Of a stretch of 64,000 nt of DNA, positions 9,738-21,449 are shown in pieces. The notes below the pieces were generated by a model. That model ran no database searches, had not been told where the DNA came from, and saw only the letters and a list, made by a program, of their open reading frames with translations. The first letter of the stretch is position 1; each line of letters starts with the position of its first letter. The stretch spans positions 160,001 to 224,000 of the forward strand of contig CAVVUS010000018.1 in assembly GCA_963751345.1 (NCBI GenBank), written 5' to 3'. Made by a program: the position numbers and the translations under genes. Source of the stretch: an uncultured Chloroflexia bacterium (lineage in GTDB: Bacteria; Chloroflexota; Anaerolineae; B4-G1; SLSP01).

Positions 9738-12700
9738 TCAGGATGAGCGCCGGACAGCAAGGGCGATGGCGTAGCCGTCGACCTCATCCTCCAGGGTGGC
9801 GTCGCCCGCAGGGGCTGCGACGGCAACCATCTCGTCGGCCAGAACTTCGTCCGCGATCCCGCTCCTGTAGACGTCGATGGCCTCGGCTAACTTGCCCTCG
9901 GCTTTGAACTCGACCCTGACGCGATCGGTCAAGTCATAGTCTGCCTGTTTTCGCAACTCCTGGACGCGGCGCACGACCTCACGTGCCAGCCCTTCGAGCT
10001 CCAACTCGGGCGTGATCTGGGTATCCAGGGCGACGACCAGTCCACCCTCGCCCGCCACGCCAAAGCCCTCGCGAGCCTGCGTCTGGACCAGCACCTCCTC
10101 CGGCGCCAGTGAGATCTCGCTGCCATCGGCCAGGGTCAGGTCGAGGGGATTTCCTGCGTGGAGGGTGGCTACGGCTTTGCCGGCCTCGACCTCGGTCAGC
10201 GCCTTGCGAATCATGGGGAATTGCTGGCCGTACTTTGGGCCCAGCACACGGTTCACGGGAAGGAGGCGATAGGTGACCAGTTCGCCCTCTTGCGCAACAA
10301 AGGTCACCGTCTTCACGTTGAGCTCGTCGGCGAGCAGGTCCAGCAACTGCGTCAGTTCCTCGCGGTGGCGTGGGTCGGTGGCGATCAGGGCCTGTGAGAG
10401 TGGCTGGCGGACCTTCAGGTTATTGGACGATCGGACCGAATGCCCCAGCGTCGCGGCCTGCCGCACCGTGCCCATCGCGTCAACGAGTGTCTGCTCCGAC
10501 TCACTCAGCGGCTCTGCGGTGGGCCACATACAATGGTGGACGCTCTCGGGTGCTGAGCTGTCCACGCTGCGGACCAGATTCGTGTAGATTGCCTCCGGTA
10601 TGAAGGGTAGGACCGGCGCGAGCACCTTGGCCAGCGTGACCAGCACCGTATAGAGCGTCTGGTAAGCCGCGGCCTTGTCGGCGTCGGAGGTCGGACTCTC
10701 GCCGCGTGCGGCCCAGAAGCGCCGCCGGCTCCGCCGGATGTACCAGTTGCTCAGATCGTCGAGGAAGGCCTCGGCGGGCTGGGCGATCTGGAGCGGGACG
10801 TAGGCTTCGTATCCTGCCGTCATCTCGGCGATGCGTCTCCCGCAGCCGTGCGATAATCCAGCGGTCCAGGACTGTCGGCTCGACGTCGCCCGTCCACGGC
10901 TCGTCCACGTGCGGATGTCCCTCCTCGAACCGGGCCGGATTGTCCAGGAGACTTGCGGGCGGCGTCCAATCGTCGATCCCCGCGTAGGTCACGAAGAACG
11001 CGTAGACGTTCCACAGCGGGATGATGAAGCGGCGCCGGGTCTCGTCGGCCCCTGTGTAGCCGAAGAGCAGGTTCTGGTCGAGCTTTTGGTTGACGAACAA
11101 CCAGCGCATCGTGTCGACGCCCATCGTCTCCGCCGCGTCGTCGAACCAGATGGCGTTGCCCCACGATTTGTGCATCGGGCGGCCATCCTCGGCGTAGAGC
11201 GTCGAGTAGCCGTGGACGATCTTGGTCGGCGGGAGGTTCTCGAAGACGGTGCTCATCGTGATCAGGCTGTAGAACCAGTTGCGGAACTGGCCTGGGAAGG
11301 ACTCGCTGATCCAGTCGGCGGGCACCCACTGCTCCCAATAGTCGTGGTCCGAGCGGTAGCGGATGGTCGAGTAGGCCACGCTGCCGGCGTCAAGCCAAGG
11401 GTTGCCGACGTCCTGGATGCGCGTCATCGTGCCGCCGCACTTCGGGACATGCGATCTTGACCGCGTCGACGTAGGGTCTGTGGGGAGTATGCCCCTCCAG
11501 GACCTCCCACCCCTCGACCGCGCGCTCGCGCAGCTCCTCCTCACCCCCGATCACCTCGAAGTGAGCGCAGCCCGGGGCGTCGCAGACCCAGATCGGGAGC
11601 GCGAGACCCCAGTAGCGCTTCTTGGAGATCATCCAGTCCTGCATGTTACGCAGCCAGTCCATCTCGCGGGCGTAGCCGAACTCGGGGATCCACTTGATCT
11701 CATCCACGACGTCCATGATCTGGTAGCGTAGGCTGGCGGCTTTCTCCGCCTCGGTGACCTCCTCACGGGGCTTGTCGTACAGCTTGCCCATGTTGATGAA
11801 CCACTCATCCACCAGGCGGAAAACCAGGGGCGTCTCGCACCGCCAGCAGACCGGATAGCGGTGGGTATAGGCGTCGACGCGGTAGAGGCGACCCTTATCC
11901 TCCAGCGCGTGGAAGATGTCGTGGGCGACGTCGTTGACGTCGCGGCCGGTGAGCCATCCGAATCCCTCGCGGAAGATGCCGTTTTCCTGCAGCGGCGCGA
12001 TGGCGGGCAGGTCGTAGATCTCGCCCAGTTCGAAGTCCTCGGCGCCACAGCCCGGCGCGATGTGCACGATGCCGGTACCTTCCTCCTCGCCGACCGCGTC
12101 CCAGGGGATGATGCGGTGGTAGCTGGGTACGTTGCGCTCCTGGATGATGGGCAGGTCGTCGAAAGGGCCGTCGTAGGTCCAGCCGAGCATCTCCTCGCCC
12201 TTGAGCCGTCCGAGCACCTCGTACGGCCCCTTGATCACCTGGGGAAGGGTACCCTCGGCTAAGTAGTAAGTCCAGCCATCGTCGGCCTTGACCTTGACGT
12301 AGGTCAGCTCCGGACCCACAGCTGCGGCGACGTTGCTGGAGAGGGTCCAGGGGGTGGTGGTCCAGACCAGCAGCGCTTCCTTTTCCCGGTCGCGCAACGG
12401 GAAGCGTATCACCGGCGCGTCGTGGGTCAGCTCGCGATAGCCGTCGGTGACGATCTCGTGCTGGCTGATCCCGGTCTCGCAGCGCGGGCACCAGGGCATC
12501 ACGTCGTGGCCCTTGTAGAGCCAGCCCTTCTCCCACACGCGCTTGAGGAAGGTCCAGATGGTGTAGTTGTTCTCGGTGGCGAAGGTGAAGTAGGAGCCGC
12601 CGAGCTCGGGCATGCCCAGCATCCCCACGAGTTTCTCGACCGTGCCGGTCACCGGGCCCCGTGGACCCTGGACCGTGATCTCCTGCTGAGCATCCTCCAG

Positions 12701-13174
12701 CAGCTTGTCGGCCATGTCGCGCAGCGTGTCGGGGTCGTTCCAATCCATCCAATAGCCCAGCCGGATCGACTGTTCGGTCTGTCTTGCCGCCTGGCGCAGG
12801 ACGCGGGCCTTGCACTCCAGGACGAAGGGCGCGAGGCCGTAGACCTCGATGTCGTGTTTGTCCACGAAGCCCTTTTCCTTTTCCACCTCGACCTCGACCC
12901 ACAATCCCTGGCAGTCGAAGCCGTTCTGGTACCGCTCCTGGTACCCATGCATCGCCCAATAGCGCTGCCAGAGGTCCTTGTAACTGCGGCCCCAGCCGTG
13001 ATGAACGCCCATCGGGTTGTTCGCCGTGATCGGACCGTCGATAAACGACCACCGTGGCGCCCCCGCCCGCAGCTCGTTGAGCTTGCGGAACGCCTCGGTA
13101 CGCGTCCAGAACTCCAGGATGTCGTGCTCCAGCGCAACAAAGTCGACCTGTGTGCCCACCGGTTTGAATGCCAT
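9738..13174 (-). CDS. ileS: Isoleucyl-tRNA synthetase, type 2; two apparent frameshifts (~11445, ~10834)
   Basis: Three consecutive ORF pieces: DGPITAN-GVHH, WTTTPWTL, GTGIVHIAP, WMISKKRYWG; WLDAGS, PMHKSWGN; LSNWYIRRSRRRFW, EGLARE. Ile T-box lies upstream. Confidence 0.95.
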
Positions 13175-13225
13175 CCTCTGCCTCCTCCGTGCAAGGTCAG
13201 GCTGCAGTCTGACCTTGCTTCAGAA

Positions 13226-13520
13226 TACAAAACGCTCCCGCCCAATCAGGGACGGGAGCGTGCGCTCTCGCGATACCACCCTGCTTGTCCCGCCTGCACG
13301 CGGGACCGCTCGGTCGATGGCCAACACCACCGTGCCTTGGGTAACGGGCGGCAACCCCGGCCCGGCTTAGTGGCGACGTCTCTCAAAGGAGAGATCGCGT
13401 TCGGCGGGCAGCTCCGGAGGGATTTTCAGCGTACTCCTCGCCGTCCGGCTCGCACCCACCCGGACTCGCTTGGGCGCGTGCCTGCGCCTACTCGTCTCCA
13501 TCAACGCTTTTCAGCTCCAT
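13226..13520 (-). ncRNA. T-box riboswitch (Ile, AUC specifier) leader of ileS
   Basis: Minus strand: stem I with GAGTAG/AGCGA...GGTGCGA, GAAA-ATC specifier (~13421-13427), T-box AAGCAGGGTGGTATCGCG (~13269-13286), terminator CGCTCCCGTCCC-tgatt-GGGCGGGAGCG-TTTT. Confidence 0.9.
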
Positions 13521-13530
13521 CTACATTTTC

Positions 13531-13558
13531 ATTATGCCACGGGTGAGCAATCTGTCAA
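13531..13558 (-). promoter_or_regulatory. Sigma70-type promoter of the T-box/ileS leader
   Basis: TTGACA-N16-CATAAT with TG extension, immediately upstream of the T-box. Confidence 0.7.
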
Positions 13559-13561
13559 GCA

Positions 13562-13623
13562 ACGCGGAACCTTGCGGTGGTGGCCCGAGTAGGCCGGGGT
13601 TGAACCTCTGCAGGGTTCCGCGT
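13562..13623. terminator. Hairpin downstream of the tldE-like gene
   Basis: ACGCGGAACCTTGCGG...CTGCAGGGTTCCGCGT inverted repeat. Confidence 0.45.
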
Positions 13624-13631
13624 CCTGCCGG

Positions 13632-15036
13632 CTAGAACGAGGCGTTAGCGTGCGAGATCTCCAGGCCGTTGACGCGCATGAACTTCGGCACGATGATCGC
13701 GGCGGGATTGCGTGCCCCGTAGCTGTGCGAGGTGTTGTACGGCACCGTCTGCTGCGAGAGCCAGGCCACCTTATCGCCAAAGACGTCCAGCAGGCTCTGG
13801 GTCAGGCGCACGTTGTAGGGAATCGTCACCGACCCATCCTTCTTGAGCAGCAGCGCGCCAAAGCGCGAGCTGCCGGTGACGATGCCCTTGGTGGGATTGA
13901 CGATGTTCGTATAGTGCAGGAAGGGGATGTAGAGCAGGTCCTTGTCCCGCGGCGCCGCGACCAGCGCCTCCAGCGAACCGACGTCCTCCGTGCCGCCCTC
14001 CAGCACCAGGCTCTTGTGACCCACCGTGTGCCCCGTAGGCTGCTCGCCGAACTCGTCGGCGTCGTCCTGCGTCCAGACGAAGCCCTTGAAGACGCCCTGC
14101 TCGAAGAGCGGGAAGCGGTCACGCCGGATGCCGGTGAAGTCGCGCTTATAGGGGAAGGTCTCCAGACGGCCGGGATCGTCCACGAGCGTGACCTTCTCCG
14201 AGAAGACTCTCTGCCCGACCTGGTCCTGGCTCAGAAACGAGTAGCCGCGCTTCATCATCCCGCCGTTGAAGCCGACGCAGTTCATAAACGAGAGCAAGTC
14301 CGCCGTCGCCGCGGGGCCGAAGACGATATCGTAGGTGCCGAGGGGGAGTTGTCCGGCCGGGTCCTGGGTGAACTGCTCGACCAGGTAGGCCAGGTCGTCG
14401 TCGCAGGGGCTGCGGATCGATCTCGGCCTTCTGCTGCGCGGATCGTTCGGCTTGCACCTCCCACTTCTCTTCGTTATGCGCCAGGACGACCGTGACCTGG
14501 GCGTCGGTGGTGCGGAAGAACTGGGAGTGCTCGGAGCGGGTGTTGATCTGGGCGACGGTGTTGACGCCGCTGGAGAAGATGCCGGAGAGCTGGAGCCCAG
14601 CGGTGATGTTTTCCGCCGGGCTTTCCAGACCTGCTACCGCCACGTTGAAGGTGGCCAGTTTGTCGGCGCTGTTGATCTCAGCCAGTGCACGGTCATAGGC
14701 ACCCTCGTCGGCGAACGAGGTCTCGAACACGGGAACCGTGGGGTCGTAGGCCAGCGGCTGAACGTGCTCTACCATTTCGGCTGCGATGTCGATACCCTCT
14801 TTCATCTCGTCGACGTGGTCGAGGTCGGTGATCATCTCGTAACTGGCGCGTTTCCGACCGTCGGTCGCCGTGATCTCCAGCCGGATAAGGTGCTCGCTGG
14901 TATTGAGCGAGACGGCCGAGTTCGCAAAGCGCATCAACGTGCTGTCTTCCTCGTGATAGAAGAGCTCGATCTCGCACGGTTTCGTCAGGCCGTAGGCCCG
15001 CAGGTCGCTTAGGGTTTGTAGGATGCGAGCTTTCAT
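13632..15036 (-). CDS. TldE/PmbA-like subunit; apparent frameshift near 14400
   Basis: LMRFANS N-terminus, LGTYDIVFGPAA, VFSEKVTLVDDP, FLHYTN...TGSSR; no HExxGH; adjacent to tldD. Confidence 0.85.
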
Positions 15037-15038
15037 GC

Positions 15039-16493
15039 TTATTCTCCGATCCTCACGTCATCGAAACGGCAGACGGGAACACCGTGGCCGAGCTGCATCA
15101 CCTGGTTGGGCTGTCCTTTCCCGCAGTTGTCGACGTAGACCACTTGCCACGTCGAGGCATCGCCCACCGCCGAGAGCGCGTTCCAGAACTTCAGTGTGTC
15201 GTCCTTGTAGGTGGAGTTCTTGACCACCTCGGTCACCTGGCCATCCTCCACCAACCAGCCGATTTCGGTGCCGAAGTGGAACTGCTCGCGGTTGGAGCCG
15301 ATCGACCAACTCCGGTCGCCGTCGAGGATGATGCCCCGCTCGGTGGCGGCGACGATATCGTCGAGCGTGCCGTCCGTGCCAGGGTCGATGTTGATGTTGG
15401 TCATACGCTCGATAGGCACGCGGTAGAAGGACGTGGCACGGTTCGCCCCGCCGCTCTCCTCGAAAATCACGCGGCGGGCCTTGGCGTTGGCCTCCTCGAC
15501 CATCTGGCGGCCCGTGATGGCGCCGACCAGGATCCCGCGATCGATCAGCACGGTATCCTTTGCGGGGACGCCGTCGTCGTCGTAGCCAAAGCTGCCGGGA
15601 GTGTTAGGTAACGTGGCGTCAGCCCGCGCTGTCAGCTTTTCCGAGCCGTAGCGCAACTTCCCAAAATCCTTCAGGGTGACGAAGGATCCTCCGGCGAATG
15701 CCAGCTCGTAGCCCAGGATGCGGTCGAGCTCGAGCGCATGGCCGATTGTCTCGTGGGTCTGCAGGTACATGATCCCCGGTAGCAGGATCACCGACCGGTC
15801 GTCCACGGGGCACTGGCGGGCTTGAAGCACCTGGTTGAGTTCGTGGACGATGCGCTCCGCGTTCTCGGCGAAGTAAGCGTCGTCGATGGATTCCCAGCCG
15901 CGGGTATCGCCTCGTCGACCCAGGCGGAAGGAGCGTTCCTGTGTCGCGCCCTGCGCATCCACGCCGAGGATGCCGATGCTGCCGAAGACCTCGGTGATGT
16001 GCTTCTCAATCTCGCTGCCCTCGGAATCGACGAACGTGATCTGCTTGCGTGTGAAGTCCAGCCGGCCGATGCGCTGGGTGACGCCGGGTTGATCCAGCGC
16101 TGCGTCCATCGTCTTGAGAAACTCGATCTTGTCCGAGAGGGGAACGTCGAAGGGATCAACCTCGCAGGGACTGGTGAACGCCGCCTCAATGGCATCCTTC
16201 TCCGCCAGCCGCACCGGAAAGGTCACCCGCTCGGCGGCGACGCGAGCGTTGTCGAGCGCTTTGTCGAAGATCGCGCTCAGGTTGCTGACGTCCGAGGACG
16301 CAGCAAAGCCCCAGGCGCCCTTGTACAGCACGCGGATGCCCACGCCACTCTCGCGTGAGGCCGCAGCCTGTTTGAGGTTACCGTTCCACATCGTCAGCGC
16401 ATTGGATTCCTCGAACGGGTACCACCGGCAGTCCACATACATGGCGCCGGCCCGTTTGATACGGTCGAGATGCGCTTTAATCTGATCTATCAT
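15039..16493 (-). CDS. tldD: TldD family metallopeptidase
   Basis: GVGIRVLYKGAWGFA, HETIGHALELDR zinc motif, YDDDGV, ERMTN, CGKGQP. Confidence 0.92.
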   Translation of the reverse strand: MIDQIKAHLDRIKRAGAMYVDCRWYPFEESNALTMWNGNLKQAAASRESGVGIRVLYKGAWGFAASSDVSNLSAIFDKALDNARVAAERVTFPVRLAEKDAIEAAFTSPCEVDPFDVPLSDKIEFLKTMDAALDQPGVTQRIGRLDFTRKQITFVDSEGSEIEKHITEVFGSIGILGVDAQGATQERSFRLGRRGDTRGWESIDDAYFAENAERIVHELNQVLQARQCPVDDRSVILLPGIMYLQTHETIGHALELDRILGYELAFAGGSFVTLKDFGKLRYGSEKLTARADATLPNTPGSFGYDDDGVPAKDTVLIDRGILVGAITGRQMVEEANAKARRVIFEESGGANRATSFYRVPIERMTNINIDPGTDGTLDDIVAATERGIILDGDRSWSIGSNREQFHFGTEIGWLVEDGQVTEVVKNSTYKDDTLKFWNALSAVGDASTWQVVYVDNCGKGQPNQVMQLGHGVPVCRFDDVRIGE

Positions 16494-16587
16494 CCTCAAT
16501 CCTCCTATGATAACAGCTCTTCAGGGTGTCCGATCTTTGCCCTGGATGTCTGCAGCGTGGTGGCGTCGTACCGATCACCACGGTTGG

Positions 16588-18407
16588 TCATCGATTGTAC
16601 CATTGCGATTGCTCATTGTGAAGGCGAGCATATTCACCGCCGGCTGCCATCAGTTCATCGTGGCTCCCATCTTCGACGATGTGCCCTCCGGCGAAGACCA
16701 CGATTCGGTCGCACAGGGCGGCGATGCTGATACGGTGGGTCACCATGATGACCGTCCGTTCCCGCGCCATATCGATATAGCGCCTGAAGATATCCGCCTC
16801 TGCGAGGGGGTCCAGGTTGGACGTGGGCTCGTCCAGGATGATGAAATCGCGATTGCGGTAGTAGGCTCTGGCAATGGCGAGTTTCTGCCATTGGCCGCCC
16901 GACAGTTCTGTGCCGCCGATGTCTTTGCCCAACAGCGCATCCCGGTCGACATTGTCAAAGCCCGCTGCCGCCAGAGAAACCTCGATGTCCGCCGGGCTGC
17001 GCTGACGTCCCGGGTCCCCCAGCCACACATTATCGGCGACGGTGAAGGTATTGTACTGTGCCGGATTCTGAAAGACTGCCGACATCGCGCCATAGCGCGA
17101 GGCGGGATCCAACTCCGCGACGGGGAGACCATTCACGCGCAGATCGCCGTTCGACGGATCGAGCATGCCGCTGATAAGCTTGACGAAGGTTGTCTTTCCC
17201 GCGCCGTTCTCACCGACAAAGGCGATCTTCTCGCCTTTGTCGATGGTCAGGTTGACACCGTCCAGCACATACCGGTCGGTGAGCGGGTAGCGGTATTGAA
17301 GGTCTCGGGCTGCAATCCCATCGATCTGCGATATCGCCGTGTCTCCGGCAGCCTGCTCCTGTAGGTCCATCAGGCTGAAAAACGCGGTGGCCTCGTTCTT
17401 CTTCGCGACGAAGGTCGCTACTGCTGTGAAGAGCGCCGAGGTATCGGCGATCAGCGTGCCAATCAGACTGACAACAGCGCCCAGTGCACCGATGGAGATG
17501 CGCCCGGCGGTCATGAGCAGGATGGCGAACACGTTGGCGCCGACCGAAGCGAGGGTCGAGATGGCGGTAGATATCGTGTTCAGCACCGCACTGCGGACCT
17601 GCGTCTTCTTCTCCTCAACGGTGTATTGGTCGCTGAGATCTCGCCATTTTTCGTAGAAGAAGCCGTGCAGTCCGAGCGCTTTGATCTCCTTCGCAGCCGG
17701 TCCAAGCATCAGATCCTGATAGTAGGTGAACTCCCGCACCAGCTTTGAGTTGGCCTGGATCAGTTTGAACCTGAGCTTGTTGCCGACGTAGGTCGTATAG
17801 AGGGTCGGGATGGGCACGATGAACACGATAAGCGTTAGCAGGGGATGAAAGAGCCACAGCGACAGCGCGATGCTCACGACACTGACACTCTTCGCGATGA
17901 TCGTGTAGCCGTTGACCATGATCTCACGATTCATGCCGTCCAACCGTTCTGTGTGTAATCGAAGACCTGCTTGATGGTGTCGTTGATCCGGGGTACTTCC
18001 ATACATTCGGGGGATAGTCGCGCGATTTTGGTGTAGATCCTCGTGTTGAGGTGCTCCTGCAGGCGGTTCATCTGCACCTTGTCGAGCCGCTCAATATCCT
18101 CCCTGGCCTGCGTGTACCGGTTGATCAGATCGCACAGAAAGCCGATGAGATAGTATGTGGCCACCAGTAGCACCATTGGGAGGATCTGGCCTCCGGGAAG
18201 GTAACCGTTCGCGAGGTCGATGTAGCGGCCCCATAGGTAAGCGAGGACCGGGCGTAGCAGGCTCAACAGCACCATAAGGGAGATGAAGATGGCGCACATG
18301 ACCTTTGCCGAACTGAGGACGTACCCGAACATACGAGAAAGATCCCTGAGGCTGCTCTTGCGCTCCTTCTGTAGCTCCGTCTCCAGGGAGTTAGTCCTAT
18401 CCTGCAT
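16588..18407 (-). CDS. ABC exporter, fused permease/ATPase; apparent frameshift near 17941
   Basis: TM N-terminal half, GENGAGKTT, LSGGQWQK, LDEPTS, VTHR. N-terminal part is in ORF 17931..18476. Confidence 0.9.
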
Positions 18408-20234
18408 GGGTCGCTCCATTCCATGCCCCGGACGTCTGCCGGTACCAGTGCTTCTGGGCTTCAAACATATCCGCATATAGACCGCCGGACGTCATCAACT
18501 GTCGGTGGGTGCCTTCCTGGGTCACGACGCCGTGCTGTATGACGAGGATGCGGTCCGTGATCATCGTCGAGGCCAGGCGATGGGTGATGAATATGGCGGT
18601 TTTCCCGCTGGCTATCTCGGCGAACTCTCGGTAAAGTTGGCTCTCGGCGATGGGGTCCAGTTGACTGGTGGGTTCGTCGAGCAATAGCACCGGCTTATCT
18701 CCCATGAACGCCCGGGCGATGGCGATCCGCTGCCACTGTCCGCCCGATACGTCGACGCCGCCATCGAAGTCGCGACCGAGGATGGTATCATATCCGTTCG
18801 GTAGGTCTCCGGCGAACTGGTCTACCTTGCCCTTGCGGGCCGCATAGTCGATCCTGTCCTCGTCGTGCAGTTGGTCTATGAATCCCACGCCGATGTTTTC
18901 CCGCAGCGTGATGGAGTAGCGGTTGAAATCCTGGAACACGGGGCCGAAGATGGCGGTGAGCGTCTTGCGCGAATAGCTGCCGATGGGCCGTCCGCCCAAC
19001 AAGATCTCGCCGCGGTCGGGCTCGAACAGGCGCAGCAGCAGCTTGATCATAGTGGTCTTGCCCTCGCCGTTTTCGCCGACGATGGAGAGCTTCTCACCGT
19101 CCTCCACGCGGAAATTCAGCCCCCGGAGCACATCCCGGTCGGTGCCGGGATAGCGGAACCACACGTCCCGAAACTCGATATCGAACTCGTCGGGCAGGGC
19201 ATCGGAGCCGTGTTCGGTCTCCTCCGATAGATCAAGGTAGCGGTCATAGTAGTCAAAGAAGTTGATGTGATATCCGCTCCACCGATAGACGCCGACGCCC
19301 CAGGAGATAGTCTCAAACAGATTGGTCAATATGGTCAGGGAGAAAGTGATGAACAGTCCGACGGTGATCTGACCGGTGATGAACAGGTACAGCACCAGGA
19401 GTACGTTCAAGAGTTTGGCGAGCTTGGTGATGTTGCCGCCGAGGAAATGGCGCTTCAGGTGCTTGAAATAGTACCCTTCATACTCGCGGTTGCGGGCATT
19501 GAGACGCTTGCGGTAGGTCTCGATGAGATCGCTCGCTGAGCCGAAGAGCTTCATCTCCCGGAGGTAGTCGCGCGAGCGCAGATAGCCGCCGAGGATGTTG
19601 TACCGGCGCTCCTGATTCCAGTATCCTTCGAGTTCGAGGTAGATATTGTAGTTGTGCTTGGAGGCGTACCAGATCTCCAAGACCGCCGGGATGAGGATGG
19701 TCAGCGGTAGCCACCACTTGGCGTAGCCCATATAGATGAGGATGCCGGCGGCCCCGGTGAGGTTGGAGACGAAGTTCGTGACGTACATCGGAAACAGGTG
19801 CCGGGCTGAGGTTTCCGCGCGATGATAGGCCTTGTCGATGATTTCCATCGCCGTTTCGTTTTCGAGATGCTCGTATTTCATGCGCTCCAGTTTCTTCAGC
19901 ATACGGCTCTTGAAAGCGGTGCGCAGGATCAGTAATGAACGCGGCTCGACAAAACCGTAGATGTACACCTCGTTGAGGATCGGCGGCAAGAGGGCCAGGA
20001 GCACAAAGGCGATGAGATAGGGCAGATAGCTGCCGAAGGTGATGGTCCCTGCGGCCAACGCTATGCCGTCGTCGAAGATGTGCCGGTTGACGACGAGGGT
20101 CAGCAGTCGCATGATACCCAGAGCAAAGGCCGTCAGGAAGGTGAGGGCTACCATCGCCGGCGCCTCGGCCGCGATGATGCCGAGCAGCTCTTTATACGCC
20201 TAATCACGCGATTCCCTTGCGCCTGGTTTTTCAT
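18397..20234 (-). CDS. ABC exporter, fused permease/ATPase; probable indel near 20200
   Basis: GENGEGKTT, VSGGQWQR, LDEPTS, ITHR. ATG 20234 is one base out of frame with the ORF at 20154. Confidence 0.9.
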
Positions 20235-20302
20235 CTGGAACCCCTGGAGAATGTGTCAGATGGTCCGCGAATCCTATGTGGGTCGCACCGGACGACCTGC
20301 CT

Positions 20303-20331
20303 ATTGTAAAGTTAGAGTTTCATATTGTCAA
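20303..20331 (-). promoter_or_regulatory. Near-consensus sigma70 promoter for the ABC pair
   Basis: TTGACA-N17-TACAAT in an AT-rich patch. Confidence 0.75.
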
Positions 20332-20454
20332 GGCAGAAACTTGATAGAGTTAATCCATGTGTGAATAATCGTCAGCCGGGCGATCGCCACGACCCGTGAA
20401 GAGAGCTACTTCTGGAGGTTTCGACAACGCTCTGATGAGTGAACTTACACTATC

Positions 20455-20853
20455 ATGATCGCGCTGGAGCCGATCGCCGAGCCAAATACGCTGTGGCCGA
20501 TGTATCCGGATGGCATTGCCTTCGCAAAGGAGGTCGATCGTCCCTCGGTACGTGTGATGGCCGACCTGGCCTATTTTATTCGTGGGAATCAGCCTCTGGA
20601 GCTCATCGCTGAAGAGCCCGACTATTGCTTGCACGTGCATATCGCGGGCGAGGGCGGTCAGCCAGGCGTTGGCGACAGACAGGAGATTCTACTGCGGCTC
20701 TTCCGGGTCCTGCGTGACGCCGGATACGAACGTGGGGTTTCCGCGGCATGTCCGTGGGTCAGCACCGATGGGGGCAGTCTCAACTTCGGCGTGGAGACGG
20801 CCAAATCGCTGGCATATCTCCAGGAACTTCGCGAGCAGGTCTACGAGGAGTAG
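20455..20853 (+). pseudogene. C-terminal fragment of a sugar-phosphate isomerase/epimerase (xylose isomerase-like TIM barrel)
   Basis: IALEP...ADLAYF...HVHIA...PGVG...L..AGY is the second half of the fold; in-frame TGA at 20440; only 132 aa. Confidence 0.65.
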
Positions 20854-20989
20854 GCACGGGCGTGTCCGCTCGGCGAAGACTCTGCGGTGTGGCTCGCTGT
20901 CCTCGTCGTCATACCTTGAGCGCAGGCCGTGGTCATCTCGCTCGGTGAGCGCCATTCTGAATTCCCCGGTTGACGCCCCTTCGATGCTA

Positions 20990-21232
20990 CTATCCACCTC
21001 CTACCGGGGGAAAGATACCCACCTCAGCGTCAGGCATGAGGCGGAAGATCTTGGCGCGAGCGTGTCCATCTACAAAGGCGACTTTGACTTCCCGTTCCGG
21101 TATACCCAGCTGAGCGAACAGATGCGCAATCGTGGAGCCGTCCGGCAACGCGACGTCGAAGGGCTGGTCTGCCTTTTCGGGATCGGGGGCGTAGCGTTTC
21201 AGTAGTGCGTAAAGCTTCACGGTTACGTTCAT
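20990..21232 (-). CDS. MoaD/ThiS family sulfur carrier
   Basis: 80 aa beta-grasp protein ending IFPPVGGG; divergent from AOR. Confidence 0.9.
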   Translation of the reverse strand: MNVTVKLYALLKRYAPDPEKADQPFDVALPDGSTIAHLFAQLGIPEREVKVAFVDGHARAKIFRLMPDAEVGIFPPVGGG

Positions 21233-21449
21233 ATAGCGCCTCCCACATACATGAGTTTCACTCTGAATGATACCATGCTGAGGCTTGAAGGCACTCTCAA
21301 CACGGTGCTCTATTTGACCTCCGCGTGAATCGTGTAAAATGTGACGGAATTGGGCTACAGCGCCCAAGCATCTATCTTGTCACGGCGTCTATCGGGATGC
21401 GTTGCTTCCGCCATAGCAACAACCCAACCATGCCCCAACGGAGGAGTTA

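Noticed and set aside
9738-13174. ileS as a pseudogene or split gene
   Set aside because: Essential gene with intact promoter, T-box and motifs; single-base corrections restore it
20240-20450. RiPP precursor peptide upstream of the ABC pair
   Set aside because: No small ORF with an RBS and leader/core character between the promoter and the first ABC gene
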